Below the pieces are notes generated by a model. That model had not been told where the DNA came from. It searched no databases and worked only from the letters and a program-made list of their open reading frames with translations. Position numbers and translations under genes: made by a program. Shown piece after piece: positions 1-23,170 of a stretch of DNA of 64,000 bases; the first letter of the stretch is position 1; every line of letters starts with the position of its first letter. Source of the DNA: Amoebidium appalachense (lineage: Eukaryota; Protista; Ichthyosporea); NCBI GenBank assembly GCA_963693365.1, contig CAVNZM010000002.1, forward strand, positions 10,162,328 to 10,226,327, in the 5' to 3' direction.

Positions 1-771
1 CCCGGAAGCAAGGGTGGGGAGGGGGGAGGGAGGAGGGGGGGGACAGGAGGGGGGGATTAGAAGCTTCACAATCCAGCCCCCCCCCCCCCCATCCACCTTC
101 CCCCCATCCCACATCCCCCACCAAAGGTTTTTTCGTTATAGTTAAACAATCCCCAACCGGCTTCAAGTCCCTCGCACATTTCGTATTTGGAAATGACTAA
201 TAATAACACTTAATGTGAGTCCTCGCGGCCTCACGGGAATAATGATAATCATGAGTTTGCCGTGACCTATACTAAATACCCAACAAGAGTGCTCATAATG
301 AATGTCGGTAGGCGGTTTCAAATTCCCTGAAAAATAATTAAAACTCACCAATGGCACCTTTAGAAGGAGCTTATGTAGTAGTATTAATGATTAATGGGCG
401 CTTGTGGCACTCAGGTTGGGGGTCTGTTAGGGCATTTAGCAAAAAACTGAGGTGTAACAGGGTTGGCGGTACATTAACTTTTAGTGTCACATTGAGTATT
501 CCACTCCGGGCTCACGGTCAACAGGGACACTTTATTTTGCTTGTTAACTTAGGACTCACAAATTATTATTCACTCCCTCTCTCACCTTCTCGTCTCTATC
601 CAACCAGCCCCTCCGCCCCTCAGGAGTGTGTCCACTTCCACTCTCTCTTCCCCACCACCCCCTCCCCCCTCCTCCCCCCCCCTTCCCCCTCCCCCTCTGT
701 GCGCCCTCCCCTCCTCCCCTCTTTCCGCGGGCACTGAAGTACAACAAAAAGCGTACCTCTGTGACTTTCAT

Positions 772-802
<31 letters not shown>

Positions 803-805
803 CGC

Positions 806-829
<24 letters not shown>

Positions 830-843
<14 letters not shown>

Positions 844-1614
844 AGCTGCCGAATCGGATACGGAGTGTCCCCCAGCCGCAGGGGTACAGTTGGTCTTAAA
901 AAACCAAAAAAAAGAAAAGAAAAGAAAAGAAAGAAAGAAAGGGGGGAAAAAACCTCGGGGCGCCTCGGGGAGGTGTGCGTGTGCGAGCGCGAGCGCGAGC
1001 CCGGGCGCCTGCTCCAGGCCCTGTCCCAACAGGCGGAAAATGCTCCTAGAATCTTTCTACCCTTGTCGAACCAGTTACCGTGATTGAGCAAACGTGGGTG
1101 CCGTGCATATACATGGAAGTGTGTACATATAGGAAGAGGCCGGGGGGAGGGGGGGGGGGGGGGGGGTATGAAATGCTGTGACAAGTCACGTGGGTGCTAC
1201 GCAGAGTGCCAAAGTACATTTCAAACACCAACCGATTCAAAAAGTGGCTACATATGAGGCCACGAAGGCAATGAGGGGCGTAAAGAAAAAAAAAAAAAAA
1301 AAAAAAAAAGAGGGGGGGGGGGGAAAGAATCTAAAATCAGGCAAATGTGCAGGCCTAGGATGACACGCAAACGAAGCCCCGTCGGGCATTGTGTGTGTGT
1401 GTGTGTGTGTGTGGGAGGGGGGAGGGGGGATTACCCGGAAGGCATTGTAGAGTTCGCAGTACACATTTATCAACATAATGCAGGGGGGGGGGGGGGGGGG
1501 GGGGGAGGGGGGGCAGCACTCTCAGGGTTGGTGACGACGTGCTTGTATGCGTGGTATTGGAGGGCATATGACATGCGCTAAAAAAAATGTACGAAAGACA
1601 ACACCAAGCAGATT

Positions 1615-1656
<42 letters not shown>

Positions 1657-1776
1657 AGAAGGACACACACCCACACGAAAGGGCATATGCATGCATCATA
1701 CACAGAGCCCATCCTCATGGGGGCGCCAAATTCTTTCATCCACAGTACCCATTCGCCACGCATGCAAAATCCGGCT

Positions 1777-1809
<33 letters not shown>

Positions 1810-2886
1810 GGGGGGGGATACATGGAGTAGAAGGCCCTGTGACTTGGGGAAACATTGCATCCTTGTATCCTTGTGCTGCAGATGTATTTAATCGTAGAAG
1901 TGGAACTGATGGACAGCCTCCAGCCCAGCTCCAACAAGCACACTACCGAGCTTCCAGGCGTCTGCTTACAGCAAAATTACTACATGCCAGATAGGTGGTG
2001 TTGTCCCCCTACTTATGTATCCTGGCGGCTACCCCATACCGGGGTATGATACCCAGCCAGTCATGTCAGCCCATTAAGTCTTGTCTACCAATAAATATGC
2101 ATGTGCCCTTCTGTCCAATCCAAATACAGACAATTTATGAAATCTCAGCCCGATCAAGTCTAACTCAGAGTTGCAATACTTTCTTTACCTTATCAAGTTG
2201 GCTGGTATTTGCTCTAAACCAGAAAACACACACAAGGCCACGAATAAAAGTATTTAAAAGAACCTGATCATCCACACTTGTGGGCAGGCAGATTAAACGG
2301 GTTGTTGATGCGTTGTCTTTGGTGGGATGAGGAAGAACAAGTAGTATAGGTGGCTGTAAAAAAGAGGTGGTGTGGAGAAAGGAGAACCAGTTAAAGCACA
2401 CATGGAACCTACAAATTAAAGACCATCATATGTAAAAAAAATTGGACCTCTTTGAAACACATTCATACACATCTACAACATGCCTAAACACGTTTACGTG
2501 AACATGCAACACACTGCGTTACAAACGCTTAAGTCCCAAGGAGAGCAGAACCGATCGGCCTGGTGCAGGTTCAGTAGGGTTGAGGGACAAATCAGCGAGG
2601 CACTCAAAAAGTAAAACCAAAAGCAACCCTGTGGGTATAACCTACAGACAAATCGGCATCACCTTTGAGATCGCAAAACAACATCCACTTGCGTACGGCG
2701 CTCCATTCCCATACAAAAGGCATAAGAAAATTAAAAAAAAAAAAAAAAAAAGGTCTTGTTGCGCACGTGCTTGATAAGGACGGAAGAGACCCAAAAGGGA
2801 GGGAGGGGGGAGGAGAGGAACCCAGTTTCGTGCTTTGCTAAAGGTAAGGGGAGACTACAAAGGCATAAAGGCAGGTGTGTGCCTGT

Positions 2887-2917
<31 letters not shown>

Positions 2918-3700
2918 GGGGGGGAGGGGGAGGTTCGATGGGCCAAAGGCGGCTGACACACCCAAGAGAGCCAAACCAAAGCCTACACCATTGAGACCAT
3001 GTGTGTGTGTGTGTGTTTGGGGGGGGGGAGAGGGGGGGGGGGGGGGGGGGAGGGGGGGGTAAGGGAGTAAGGGTAAGGGATTCGGACAAAGTGAGGGTGT
3101 GAGACGCTCCGTCCCGGGGGGGGGGGGGGGGGGGGGGGGAGGGAAGAGGGAAGGGAGGGAAAAGTTGTGGAGGATAGCGAGAGAGGAAAAGAGGAAGAGA
3201 GACACCCGGAGAAGGGGGGGGGGGGGAGGGGGGGGGGGGGGGGGAGGGAGAGCTCGAGAGAGCCGGGGGGGTTTGAATGCGGAACACGGTACGAAGTACG
3301 CATACACGAAGGACACATGCAAAGGCAAACATTCAAGTATGCAACAACAGCCATGCGCACAGTATGCGTCATAAGCAGAGCCCATCCTCAGGGAGGACCC
3401 AAGTCATCAATTGCGTCTGAGTTTCGACCCCTTAGCCCGCGTATATACGACTCTCCAAGAGAGCCGGGGGGGGAGGAGACATGCCAATGGAAACAAACGT
3501 GGCCCAGCGAGTCGAGGCAAAGCCCCTACACCATTGGAACCATGGGGGGAGGGGGATAGGTTTGGGGGGGGGGGGGGGGGGGGGGTTAGACACGAAGGGG
3601 AGAGGGGGAAGGGGGAGGGACGAAGGATGGGGAAAGGGGGGTAGGAGAGGAAGAGGAAGAGAGCGCGGGGGGGGGGGGGAGTAAGGGATAGAGAGCAGAC

Positions 3701-3774
<74 letters not shown>

Positions 3775-3801
3775 AGGGGGGGAAGGAGAGGAGGTTCGGG
3801 G

Positions 3802-3844
<43 letters not shown>

Positions 3845-4960
3845 GGACGCAAGGAGTAAGCCAGGTTGGGTTCGAGGGTAATTACATTAGCACAGGAGAG
3901 GGTCCGCAATAAGTGACAAAACGAGAAGAGAATGCCCAACCTTCCACTGGGAAATAGTGTTGCATAAAAACACAAACACGACGTAAGCGGTTGAAACACC
4001 GACGGATCGCGAAAGTTCAGACTGCAGAGTACGGGAAGGGAAGAAGTGGCGGAGAAGGAATGGGCGGGTGGAAAACGTGGCGCAGCGAGGATGGGTGGGT
4101 GTCTGCGCGGGGGAGGGGGGGGGGGGGGAGGATTGAGGGGGGAAAGGTTCATATAAACGAAAGTGAGCCTCGATCAAGCCGTGTGGCACACGGACCACTG
4201 TGTGTAGCTGCAAGCTCAGATTGCAAATGAATCAGCACTAGCCAGGGCCTCAACCGACAGAATCAACAGAAAAAAGCGCTGGCAAGTATGGAAAAGGGGA
4301 CTTAGATGAATCACGAAGTAACAGAATTCAAGACGCCAACCGTGGCACCGTGACTTGGATAAAATAGAAGATAAAATAGAAAGAACATAATGTGAGCCCC
4401 AAGCTGCGAGGCCCCTGAAAAACCAACAAACGGTTGCCTCAGCACCTATGGTAAGGAAAAACAAAACGGAGAGCTAGCAGAAGAGCGAATAAAAAGAACC
4501 CACCTTGGAGAGCGAGTGAGGGGGGGAGAACGGGACAAAAACCATGCTTTGAGAAGCCAGCCACCAACTGACAACAGAATACTATCCTTTTTGTCACTTC
4601 CTAATGTCATATTGGAGTTGTTAGTGATATAGCATGGTGAATCGACGGTGTTGTAATTCTGCGCGTGCCTACCTTTTATCACCGTTTTGGTTTAGCTCAC
4701 TTGCAAGCACAGGGCCACCTGCCAGGCTGCTTTGTTATCCCTGTCCGGCGTGTGGTAGCAAAGCCTCTGACCCAGCTAAAGAAGCAGAGTAGGGAAACTC
4801 AAGCGCAACATAGAATCTAATCATTGATGTCTGACCATAAAGGAAGTCACTCGTATTATCGCCTGTGACTTGTCTTGGTAAACAGATAAAAGAAAAACGA
4901 AAACGTTTTGGAAGTCCCTGCCAACTGAGCCGAGTTGAAGGAAAACAAAAAAAAAACTGC
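830..4960 (-). other. Unresolved exon-like blocks, probably a minus-strand gene or decayed element
   Basis: AG..GT-bounded blocks such as VIPTGLLLVLLFECLADLSLNPTEP (~2530-2641), PPILLVLPHPTKDN..VDDQ (~2264-2353), RMSYALQYHAYKHVVTNPE (~1515-1577) and RPTVPLRLGDTPYPIRQL (~843-897). The spacers are mostly G-rich on +, like the introns of other minus-strand genes here. No family recognised. Confidence 0.25.
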
Positions 4961-5684
4961 AAAACACTTGTGATTGGTTGCCGCCAGTTTTAATCCTTGT
5001 TTAGCTATCATAAATAGGGCCAAAGCGGATTTCGGGTGGAATAATACAACGTAATGAAAAGAAGTAAGAGAAATTGCATTATATTATTTACTAGATATTG
5101 TTTTTGCACATGAAGATGTTTTCTGATATATCTTTGCTAACGTTGTTTTCTTGCGATTCGGCGATTCCTGTTGGCCGTCTCTGCTTCGCTCTAAGAAGTG
5201 TTTACTGATTCGCCCAAAAATTCTCTAAGAATGTGAGCTTAGAAACCAAAACCGGTGATCCAAAGGTAGGTTGTCAGAGCCACTATTGGCGTTACGTACA
5301 CATTCCTTTTTTAATGCGCAATATGACTCTGAGATCATGACCATTAGAGACCTGTAAAAACAACTACGCAGCATCGCTTTTAGCTAACAGATTCAAAAAC
5401 AATAATAATTGAGAGCTTATTTGAAACGCTGTGTAGCCATATAATAGACTCAAATTTGTGTTTTCGTTTCAGATTGCAGCTCACTCGTACACAACATCCA
5501 AAATTCCTGAGCCTTTAAACCCGTTTCATTGGTTATTAATCACACATAACAGTAGTCATCTTTGTTTAGCCAATCGCTGCGATTGGCAAACATGCATTCA
5601 AATGCCCCGCAACACGCACACGAGCTCAGTATTTCTCCAAGCTCCCTCCTGTTTACGACCAGTGTGGACTTGGGGACCTCAAAG

Positions 5685-9209
<3,525 letters not shown>

Positions 9210-10915
9210 ACGTGAAAAACAGTAGATATGTTTTTTAAGTTTGCGCTTGTTCCTGTGTTGTGTGTGTGATGAACTCGGTTTTCCTCGTAAACCTGTAAAC
9301 CTCACCAGTTGTGAAAGCTATGTCCTTTTGCATGAGTGGGGTGTTTGTGTTTGCCGGAGGAGCCGTTTTTTCACGTGTGCTCATGGTCTGTGTGTGTGGT
9401 AGTCTTTTTTCGCTCTGTCTCCCTCTCTTTTTTAACTTTTGAGTTGTTCGATTGTTGTTATTATTAGCTCCATGGATGTGATGTGTTTGCCATGGCCATG
9501 TATAGATTTCACACCTGTGTCTATATATAGTGTATTCACATAATGTAGTAGACGGGTACACTAGTGTGGTTTGTGCATTGCCGGGCACGCGGTTATTCCT
9601 TGGGTTAAAAGGAAAGGTAAGAGACATGTGGGGATGCATAATGATCGTGGTGTTGAATGGCCACCTTTTCCCTTTGCAGTTCTTGTGAATACCTTTGAAG
9701 GTGCTTTGCTGCTCCGATAAGAAACGCTGAAGAATACAGACATATACTCCCCTCCCTCTCATGTTTCCACCCAGTATAAATATATGCGGCACTTACTTCT
9801 GCTATGTTTTTTTCTTTTTTTTGGGGGGGGGGGGGGGTGATGTGAGTACCGTTGCCCGCTGTGTGGGCGCACATAAAGTGGTGTGGGTGGGAGGGGAATC
9901 CAACCTCCCCGATCCAGTGAATGACCGTTGCTTTGCTACCTGGAAAGGCGGCAATAAACAGATGTCTCTGGGATGTATGCCTACCTGTGTCAAATGATCA
10001 TAACCACCAACCCAAATCAACACATACAAACAGATGCATGGCCCCACCCACTTTCCCCTCCACACGCACATACACATACACAGCATTATTAGGTTACCAA
10101 CACTATACGGAAGGGATTTGAAGGGTTCACATAATTGTGATCGTCTTGCAGCACAGCCCACAACTGGCTGTGCATGCAGACATGTAAGTACCCCCGGGTG
10201 GGGCTACAATGCCACATTGTTACGGACACGGGGCCCCGGCGGACAGCCGGGTCTGACCCGGAGCGGTGCGCATCGTTTTTTTTTTGTGGGTGGTGGTGGT
10301 GGTGTGTGCGGGGTGCAAAGGGGGGGGGGGGTAGAATGTGTATGCCCGCATCGACCAGCTCACCTTGTGTGTGTTTGTGCACGTGTGTGTGTACATGTGT
10401 GTACTGTACAAATTGAACATCATCCCCCCCCCCCCCCCCCCCCCCCCCCCAACCTCCCACGTACATGTGCCACGATCCATCCCCCCCCCCCCCCCCCCCC
10501 CTTCCCCCCCACCCCCCTCCTTTCCCCCGCCTGCACCCCCTCACCCCCCTCCCCTCCCCCCCCCCCCCCCCCCTCAACCACCACCCGCCACGCACACACA
10601 CACACCACCACCCATCCCCCCTCCCACCCCTTCCCCCTCGTGCCCCCCCCCCCCCTCGTGCCCTTCCCCTTCCTCTTCCCCCCCTCCCCCCTCCCCCCAC
10701 ACCCCCCCCCCCCCACACACACACACACCGTCCGCCCCCCACCCCCAGCTCCCCCCCCTCTCCCCTCCCCCCCACACCAAGAGTGCTTCCGCTTGCACGC
10801 GCGCGCACACACACCGTGCAACACGGCACACACCCCGTAGGCCTCTTGCATACCCACCCCCTTCCCCCCTCCCCCCCTCCCCCCTCCCCTCCCCCCTACC
10901 CCCCCTGCCATCCCA

Positions 10916-10963
<48 letters not shown>

Positions 10964-10985
10964 ACACACACACACGGACACACAC

Positions 10986-16610
<5,625 letters not shown>

Positions 16611-16632
16611 GTTTTTTTTTTTTTTTTTTTGT

Positions 16633-16677
<45 letters not shown>

Positions 16678-16782
16678 GGAAGGGGGGAGAAATGGGAGGA
16701 GGGGGGGGGAGGGGGTGGGGGGAGAGGAGGGAGGAGGGTAGGAGAGAAGGGGAGGAGGGGAGGGGGAAGGGGGATTAGGGGT

Positions 16783-18560
16783 GTGTCTTTAAAAATATTG
16801 GCCGAGAAGAAAGCTAACCGCTTACGAGCCAACTCTACCCTCTTTTCGACCATATGGGAAAACATAACACCAGCAGAATTAGCCGGAACACCAAGATATT
16901 TGTATTCTGGAACTATAGGTACAGGTTTAGATGATAATGTAAATGTGTGTAAATTGTTAGCTATATCAGGTACAAGAACACCACATTTGTCTATGTTAAG
17001 GATCATAAGGTTTGCCTTGCACCACTCTGACACTACATCGAACAATCTTTGCAGGCGTCTAGGGGTACGGGCAAGGATGGACAGATCATCAGCATAGAGA
17101 AGTGCAGGCGGAAGGTTATTAATAGGGTCATCATTTTCGGCATAAATCTTGACAGCCAAATCATCTATAAATAGGTTAAACAAAAAGGGGCTAAGCAATG
17201 AACCCTGCAAGAGACCTCTAGTACGAGCAAAACCATATCATAAAGGTGCCCATTAACCACAGCTCTACCATAGGTTTGAGACAAGTGTGCTTCTAACAAA
17301 ACACCAATGCAGTGTGGTACACCCCGTGCAGCAAGCTTTTCCCATAGGAGACCAGGAGAGACAGAATCGTAAGCAGTTTTCCAATCAATAAAACCAACAT
17401 ATCGTGCACCAACTTGCATAGAATCGTGCAGTGCCATTATTTGAACATAACATGAATTGTTTTTACGAAAAGCGGATTGGTATGGGTGTATGTGAAGAAT
17501 AGATTGAAACCTAGGGTGATGTGCAAATAACCTAAGTAAGCAAGCTTCAAAGAATCTACGAACAACCTGGGTTAGTGTGATGGGTCGAAAAGATGATATG
17601 GGGCCCTCAGAGTCCTTCTTAACTATGGGGATCACCAAGGTATCTAACCAAGATGACGGGACATGTCCACATTTAACACACCAAGAAAAGAAAGAGCTTA
17701 ACATAATAGTAAGATCCGGTTTAATAGCACGATCACTTTCCTTTTGTGGGTAGGAGGGAACAAGGATTTTAAGAAACCCAGCAGGGAGTCCATCAGGTCC
17801 ACAAGACTTACTAGAGCTATAACTAGATATCACAGACCATATGGTATCGGGACAGAAAAAGGGGAGGATCGATTCTATGGGGATAGATGGGTCTACAGGC
17901 CACACAGTAGGTTTCTGAGCGGGGGTCCTATCTTTAAACAGTTCCGAGAAACACTTATCAGAGTCTATGAGGGGGTCTCCATGGTATCACCAATAATACG
18001 AGCAGGGGGGCCAAATCGATTCATACTAGCAAGCTGGCGCAAGCTTTCCTTTTGAGACAGGGGTTCACCTAGTCTAGCGGGAGTGGTAATTGGTAACAAG
18101 AGAGCATCGGGATATTCCTTCCTACCACCACCAGCATAATCACCGAGATCTATTAAATCATCAACAATAAAGTTAGTGCATGTATCTAGTACGAGATGTG
18201 AATCTGGTGCGGCTTGTGCAGATTCTAATAGGCGCATATATATAGGGTGTTTCGTTGCATAGCATACACATACATAAACTCTACCCCACTGTGACTTAAG
18301 CTGGGATAGACGGAGGCGAAAGGTGGGAGGAGGAGGGGGGAGCAGATCAAGGGAGATCTTAGGTAGGAAAAGGATAGGAGAGTGGTCAGATGACCTAGAG
18401 AGGTTAGGAGGGAGAGAGAGTTTTGACATGGTTGATGGCCAAAAGGCCACTCCCCAGTCGGTGTTGTGGGCATGGGATATTTGAGGGAACCGCAAAGTGT
18501 GACTTTGGACATACCTTGCTAAAGAGATAGCACGCTCCGGGGGCTTAGATGGGTACCCGA
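16783..18560 (-). mobile_element. Degenerate, truncated non-LTR retrotransposon (LINE) ORF2 fragment: end of APE endonuclease plus reverse transcriptase
   Basis: Motifs spread over three frames: SSDHSPI (APE C-terminus), KSCGPDGLP, PSSW..IPIVKK..FRPITL, YQSAFR, FIDWKTAYDSV, GLLQGSLLSPFLFNLFIDDL, LYADDL, LNIDKC and YKYLGV. Frameshifts lie near 17245 and 17905-17965. The 3' end runs into a C-rich tract. Confidence 0.92.
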
Positions 18561-18941
18561 CACTCACTTGCAGTGTGTCTGTACATGTATAACGTCGCAC
18601 GTGCGGCAACACGTCAGTACGTGTTAGGTATGTGTGTGCATGTTGTGTGTGTGTGAATTTGTGTGTGACGCACGTGGCAGGATCGACGAAGTTCAATTTG
18701 TGCCTGAACTAAATGTAACACGCACCTGCCACTTCATTACATCCCGCCGTCTTTTGGGGTGAATATATGGAACTACTTGAACAGAGCGGTACATGCAGCC
18801 ATATTCAAGACCGTTGTGATTTATTCTTAGAAAATAAAATTTCATGACAATAATGTGTGAGCTTGTTGTGGAGGCACTAAACCAGACTGCTATCATGCGG
18901 CATGTAGACGACTTACTTGTAGACGACTTACTTCCTGGTGC

Positions 18942-18994
<53 letters not shown>

Positions 18995-18996
18995 CG

Positions 18997-19048
<52 letters not shown>

Positions 19049-19056
19049 GGGGGGGG

Positions 19057-19092
<36 letters not shown>

Positions 19093-19335
19093 GAGAGAGA
19101 ATTGGGGAGAGGGGTAGCGAGGGGATGGGGTGGGGGACTCGGACCCACCAACCCCCCAGTGGCACTGGGTCCGCCTGCCATTAGGCCATGTTAACGGGAT
19201 GATCACTATGGGGGCCACACAAAAAATCTGCATGCAACCTACATGTACATGAATCAACCGAAATTAAAGCCAGCCTATCCCTTGTCAAGATATGACCTGT
19301 ACATTATGCCAGGCTTCAATTGCAAGGGACAGGAA

Positions 19336-19375
<40 letters not shown>

Positions 19376-19928
19376 CCGCCGTGGGGTCTCCCCACTCACA
19401 ACGCCGGACCCCCTTGCAGAGTCTGTCACAGCTAGGCTTCAACATTTGTTGCTCACTCGTTCTATAGTCACTCTATAGAATTGTAATATTCAAGTTGTGC
19501 TTTTTGTCCTTCCGGGAGTCAAAGCTTTCCTCTCCTCGCTCAGAGTCACCTCTGTTTTCCACCTGACCTGCCGGCCTTCAATCCCCCAACCCACAGTTAG
19601 GTTCAACAAAAAAACAAAAGTCACGGCTACATAAAGGCCCGTACTTTTTATTTGCCATAGGAGTCAGCGGGATTTGAAATTTATGAAAGCCCAACTCCAT
19701 GTGTCCATATGAATGCCCCCCCCCCCCCCCCCCCCCCCCCCTCCCCCGCGTGCGCACGCGCGCACACAACACACACCCCTCGGTGCTAATCCGCTTATTT
19801 TAATCTCAGATCAAGAGCTGGTCCAGCCAGTCTGCCTGATCCTGTTTTCATTAAATGCACCAAGTACTGCCGGTGCCCTATAAGTATACAATACACACTA
19901 TGCATACAGACGCTGGTCTAGGAGACCC

Positions 19929-20052
19929 AGGCAACAAATGGTTTCAGCATACGAAATGAAGTAGGCAACAAATGGTTTCAGCATACGAAATGAAGTAAGG
20001 TGTGAAATGTGACTTTTTTGAAGTCGAAATGAAGTAAGGTGTGAAATGAAGT
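19929..20052. repeat. 34-bp exact tandem duplication plus overlapping CGAAATGAAGTAAGGTGTGAAATG repeat
   Basis: AGGCAACAAATGGTTTCAGCATACGAAATGAAGT occurs twice, at 19929-19962 and 19963-19996. Confidence 0.85.
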
Positions 20053-20336
20053 TAAAACGAAGTTTCGCACATCTTTCAAAGTCTTGTTAGTCGTACAACA
20101 CTCCTGTTCCCCATCCCCCCCCCCCCCCCCCCCCCCCCCCCAGCCCACAACCTTTCTCCTATGATTACCTGAAGAATTTACGTCGAAGGTACACAAGGCC
20201 CAAAATCAAGTTACCAATAATAATAAAAAAATTACAAAAATTCAACGCCTATAAGATTGCCGTCAGTGTTATCAGCCAATCACGTACCTGGCCCCCGGAA
20301 CCAACCAACCAATCACCTTTAAAATAATTAGCCCAA

Positions 20337-21048
20337 TCAAATCCTGCATGCAGGCGCCTGCGCGTCAGGAAGCACCACTACCGTGTACGCGCTTGGTGCG
20401 ACCACCAGCGGCAGATTGATGCCTGTTCTTATTGGCTGAAAGTCATCAGGGTTAAATTCCTGACCCGGGACTCTGCTCTTTTTCGACATGAGCTGTTGCC
20501 CGTTTAGGTAAATGTTTTTCGATGCAAAAGAGGTGGACGTGAAGTGGTATTCCTCGCGCACGGTGGTGAATTGTGTGTCTCCGACGGATATATTTACGTA
20601 CGTGGTCGAATTTCGTTGGAGATTTACGACTATCACGGCTACCCCCCCCGGTCATTTCGTGGCCCTTGGCGCAAAAGGCGTAGGAGCGGAGGGTGGTTGC
20701 TGCTGAACGCTGCGTGCGGATGGGTGGGTGGGAAGGGAGGGTAAGAACATGGTGAAGTGTGCGTGTGTGTACGCGTGTGTGTGCGTAGGAGATGAGGAGA
20801 GGGGTCTCATCCCCCCCCGACTAGGAGTGCATACACGTGTATCTCTGTTCTTTCTGTGTGTGTGGCGAAGAAGCAGGTGTGTGCCTGTATTTGTGTGACC
20901 ATGGGTGGGTAGTTTTTTCTTTCTCTTTATTTTTTTCATTTTTCTTTAGGGAAGAGGAAGGTAGGGAAGGGGTAAATTGTGATTCGTTTTGTTGTTGGTG
21001 GCAGCAATAACAACACATAGACAAGTGTGTGTGTGTGTCCTCTCCATC

Positions 21049-21081
<33 letters not shown>

Positions 21082-23132
21082 TTGTGCGTTCTTTTTTTTG
21101 CGGGGGAAGGTGGGGATGGAGGTGGGGAAGGGGGGGAGGAGAGGGTGCTAAAGACATACCTTTGAGAGTCTCAGGACTCTTGTTCCAAGCAACCTCTTAG
21201 CAAACACGGCAGTGTAGAAGCTGGGCCTGGGGATGAATGTGGGGCCAGGGCCAATAAGGGTGTATGACCTGGAGCCAAACAGAGCCTGCCGTGCAAACAC
21301 GCTGTGTCTGAGGGTTGCTTTAACCCCCAGAGAGTCGGCATACCACAGGCTGGCGCCGAACGTGTCGCCAAAGTCAGCACCCCCCTGAAATTTTGAATTT
21401 TGAAATTAGATTGAAGTTTGGGATCACGGACCCACGGTCCCCATGCGCGCGTGAAATTTTGGAAATTTGATATGAGATCATGAAGTTTGGGGACTTTTGT
21501 TAAGTCTTTGTTTACCAGCAACTATAGCTGGTAAACAAACATATTATAGGGTATGGTGGTGTGAAAATGTATCTTTATTGAACGGGGAAACCACATGAGC
21601 GCACATTTACGCACATGGAAGATTGAAAGAAAACCAAGCAACCAGCCAGGTTAAGTAGTAGCCTATTAAAGGCGGTATGGGGGGTTGGAGTATGGTGAGA
21701 GCTTGGGGAGTTGTGGAGGGGAAGTTTGGAGCCCGGCGGGAGATGGGGTGGAAGGGGGGGAGGGGGGAGGGGGGGGGTTGAATGTGTCATAAAGTACGAA
21801 GTACACATAAACAACAGACAACACGTTGCGAGGGGAGGGGGGGGGGGGGGAGAGAGAGAGAGAGAGCGAGAGAGAGAGAGAGAGGGGGGGGGGGGGGGGG
21901 GGGGGGGGGGGAGGGGGAGAGTGATTTGTAAAACGGAGAGGAAATGAAAAGAAAAGAGATGTGTGCGCGCACGTCGAATACATGCACACGCTTGTATGTA
22001 CATGCATTTGAGCATAAGGGGTTCTCTGTGTGTGTCTGTGTGTGTGTGTGAGTGTGTCTGTCATTTGAGTGTGCACGTGTCTGTTTTTCTCTCGTGTGTG
22101 TGTGTGTGCCCTCTCTCCCCTCCCCCCTCCTTCTCCGCCCATGTGTATACACGCGTTATTGAGTGTGTGTATGTGTGTATGTGTGTATGTGCAGCAATGT
22201 GTGTGAGTGTGTTCCCCCTCCCTCTTTCCATCCCCCCCTCCCCCCCCCCCCCCTTCCAGGTGTGCTTGTATGTTTGTGTTGTGTGTTTGTAGGGTGGGGG
22301 TATGAATGAATTGACCACAGCACACCTTGTTGGCATTTGCAATTTCCCCGGCCCACAGCTCCAACTCCGGTGCCCTCAGACTGACTGTAGCCGCCATCTG
22401 CAGGCCATTTCTATAGGCCCCATCGAGTATATCGCTCTTGCGGCTACTGAATGAGCTGGTCACCCCAACGTATTCGTGGTAGGTGACGCCAAAGAGAATG
22501 TCCCTGTACGTGTAACGTGTACGTGTGTGTGTGTGGAGGGAATGAGGCGGGGGCACCGGGGGTGGTGGTGGTGGTGGTGGTGGTGTGTCTCTTTGTGTGT
22601 GTGTGTGTGTTTGTGTGTGTTGTTACGTAGGTGAGGGTATGTGTGTCTGTCCGGTGCGTGTCCGGTGTGTGTGTGTGTGTTTGGCATTCAAGGGTGATGA
22701 TGGAGGGAAGAAGGTGAAGGTTAGTGAACAGACAGTGGGTGGGTAAGATCTAGACACATCACAGAAGGGAAGATCGAGAGACAGAGAGGGAGAGAGGGAT
22801 ATATGTTTAGGTCTGTTATATATGTATATGATGATATAGAGGGAAAGAGTGTTTGCCTGCGTGTGTGTGCGTGAGAGGGAGGGAGGGAGGGAGAGAGAGG
22901 GAGAGAGAGAGATAAGGGGAGGGAGAGAAAGAAAGAAGGAGAGGGAAAGGGGGAGAGAGAGAGAGAGAAGAGAAAGAGGGAGAGAAGAGAGAGAGGGAGA
23001 GGGAGAGAGAGAGAGAGAAGAAGGAGAGGGAGAGGGAGAGAGAGAAGAGAGAGAGAGAGCGAGAGCGCGAGAGAGAGAGAGGTGTGCGCGCACAGGCACA
23101 CACATTACACACACACACACACACACACAGAC

Positions 23133-23170
<38 letters not shown>

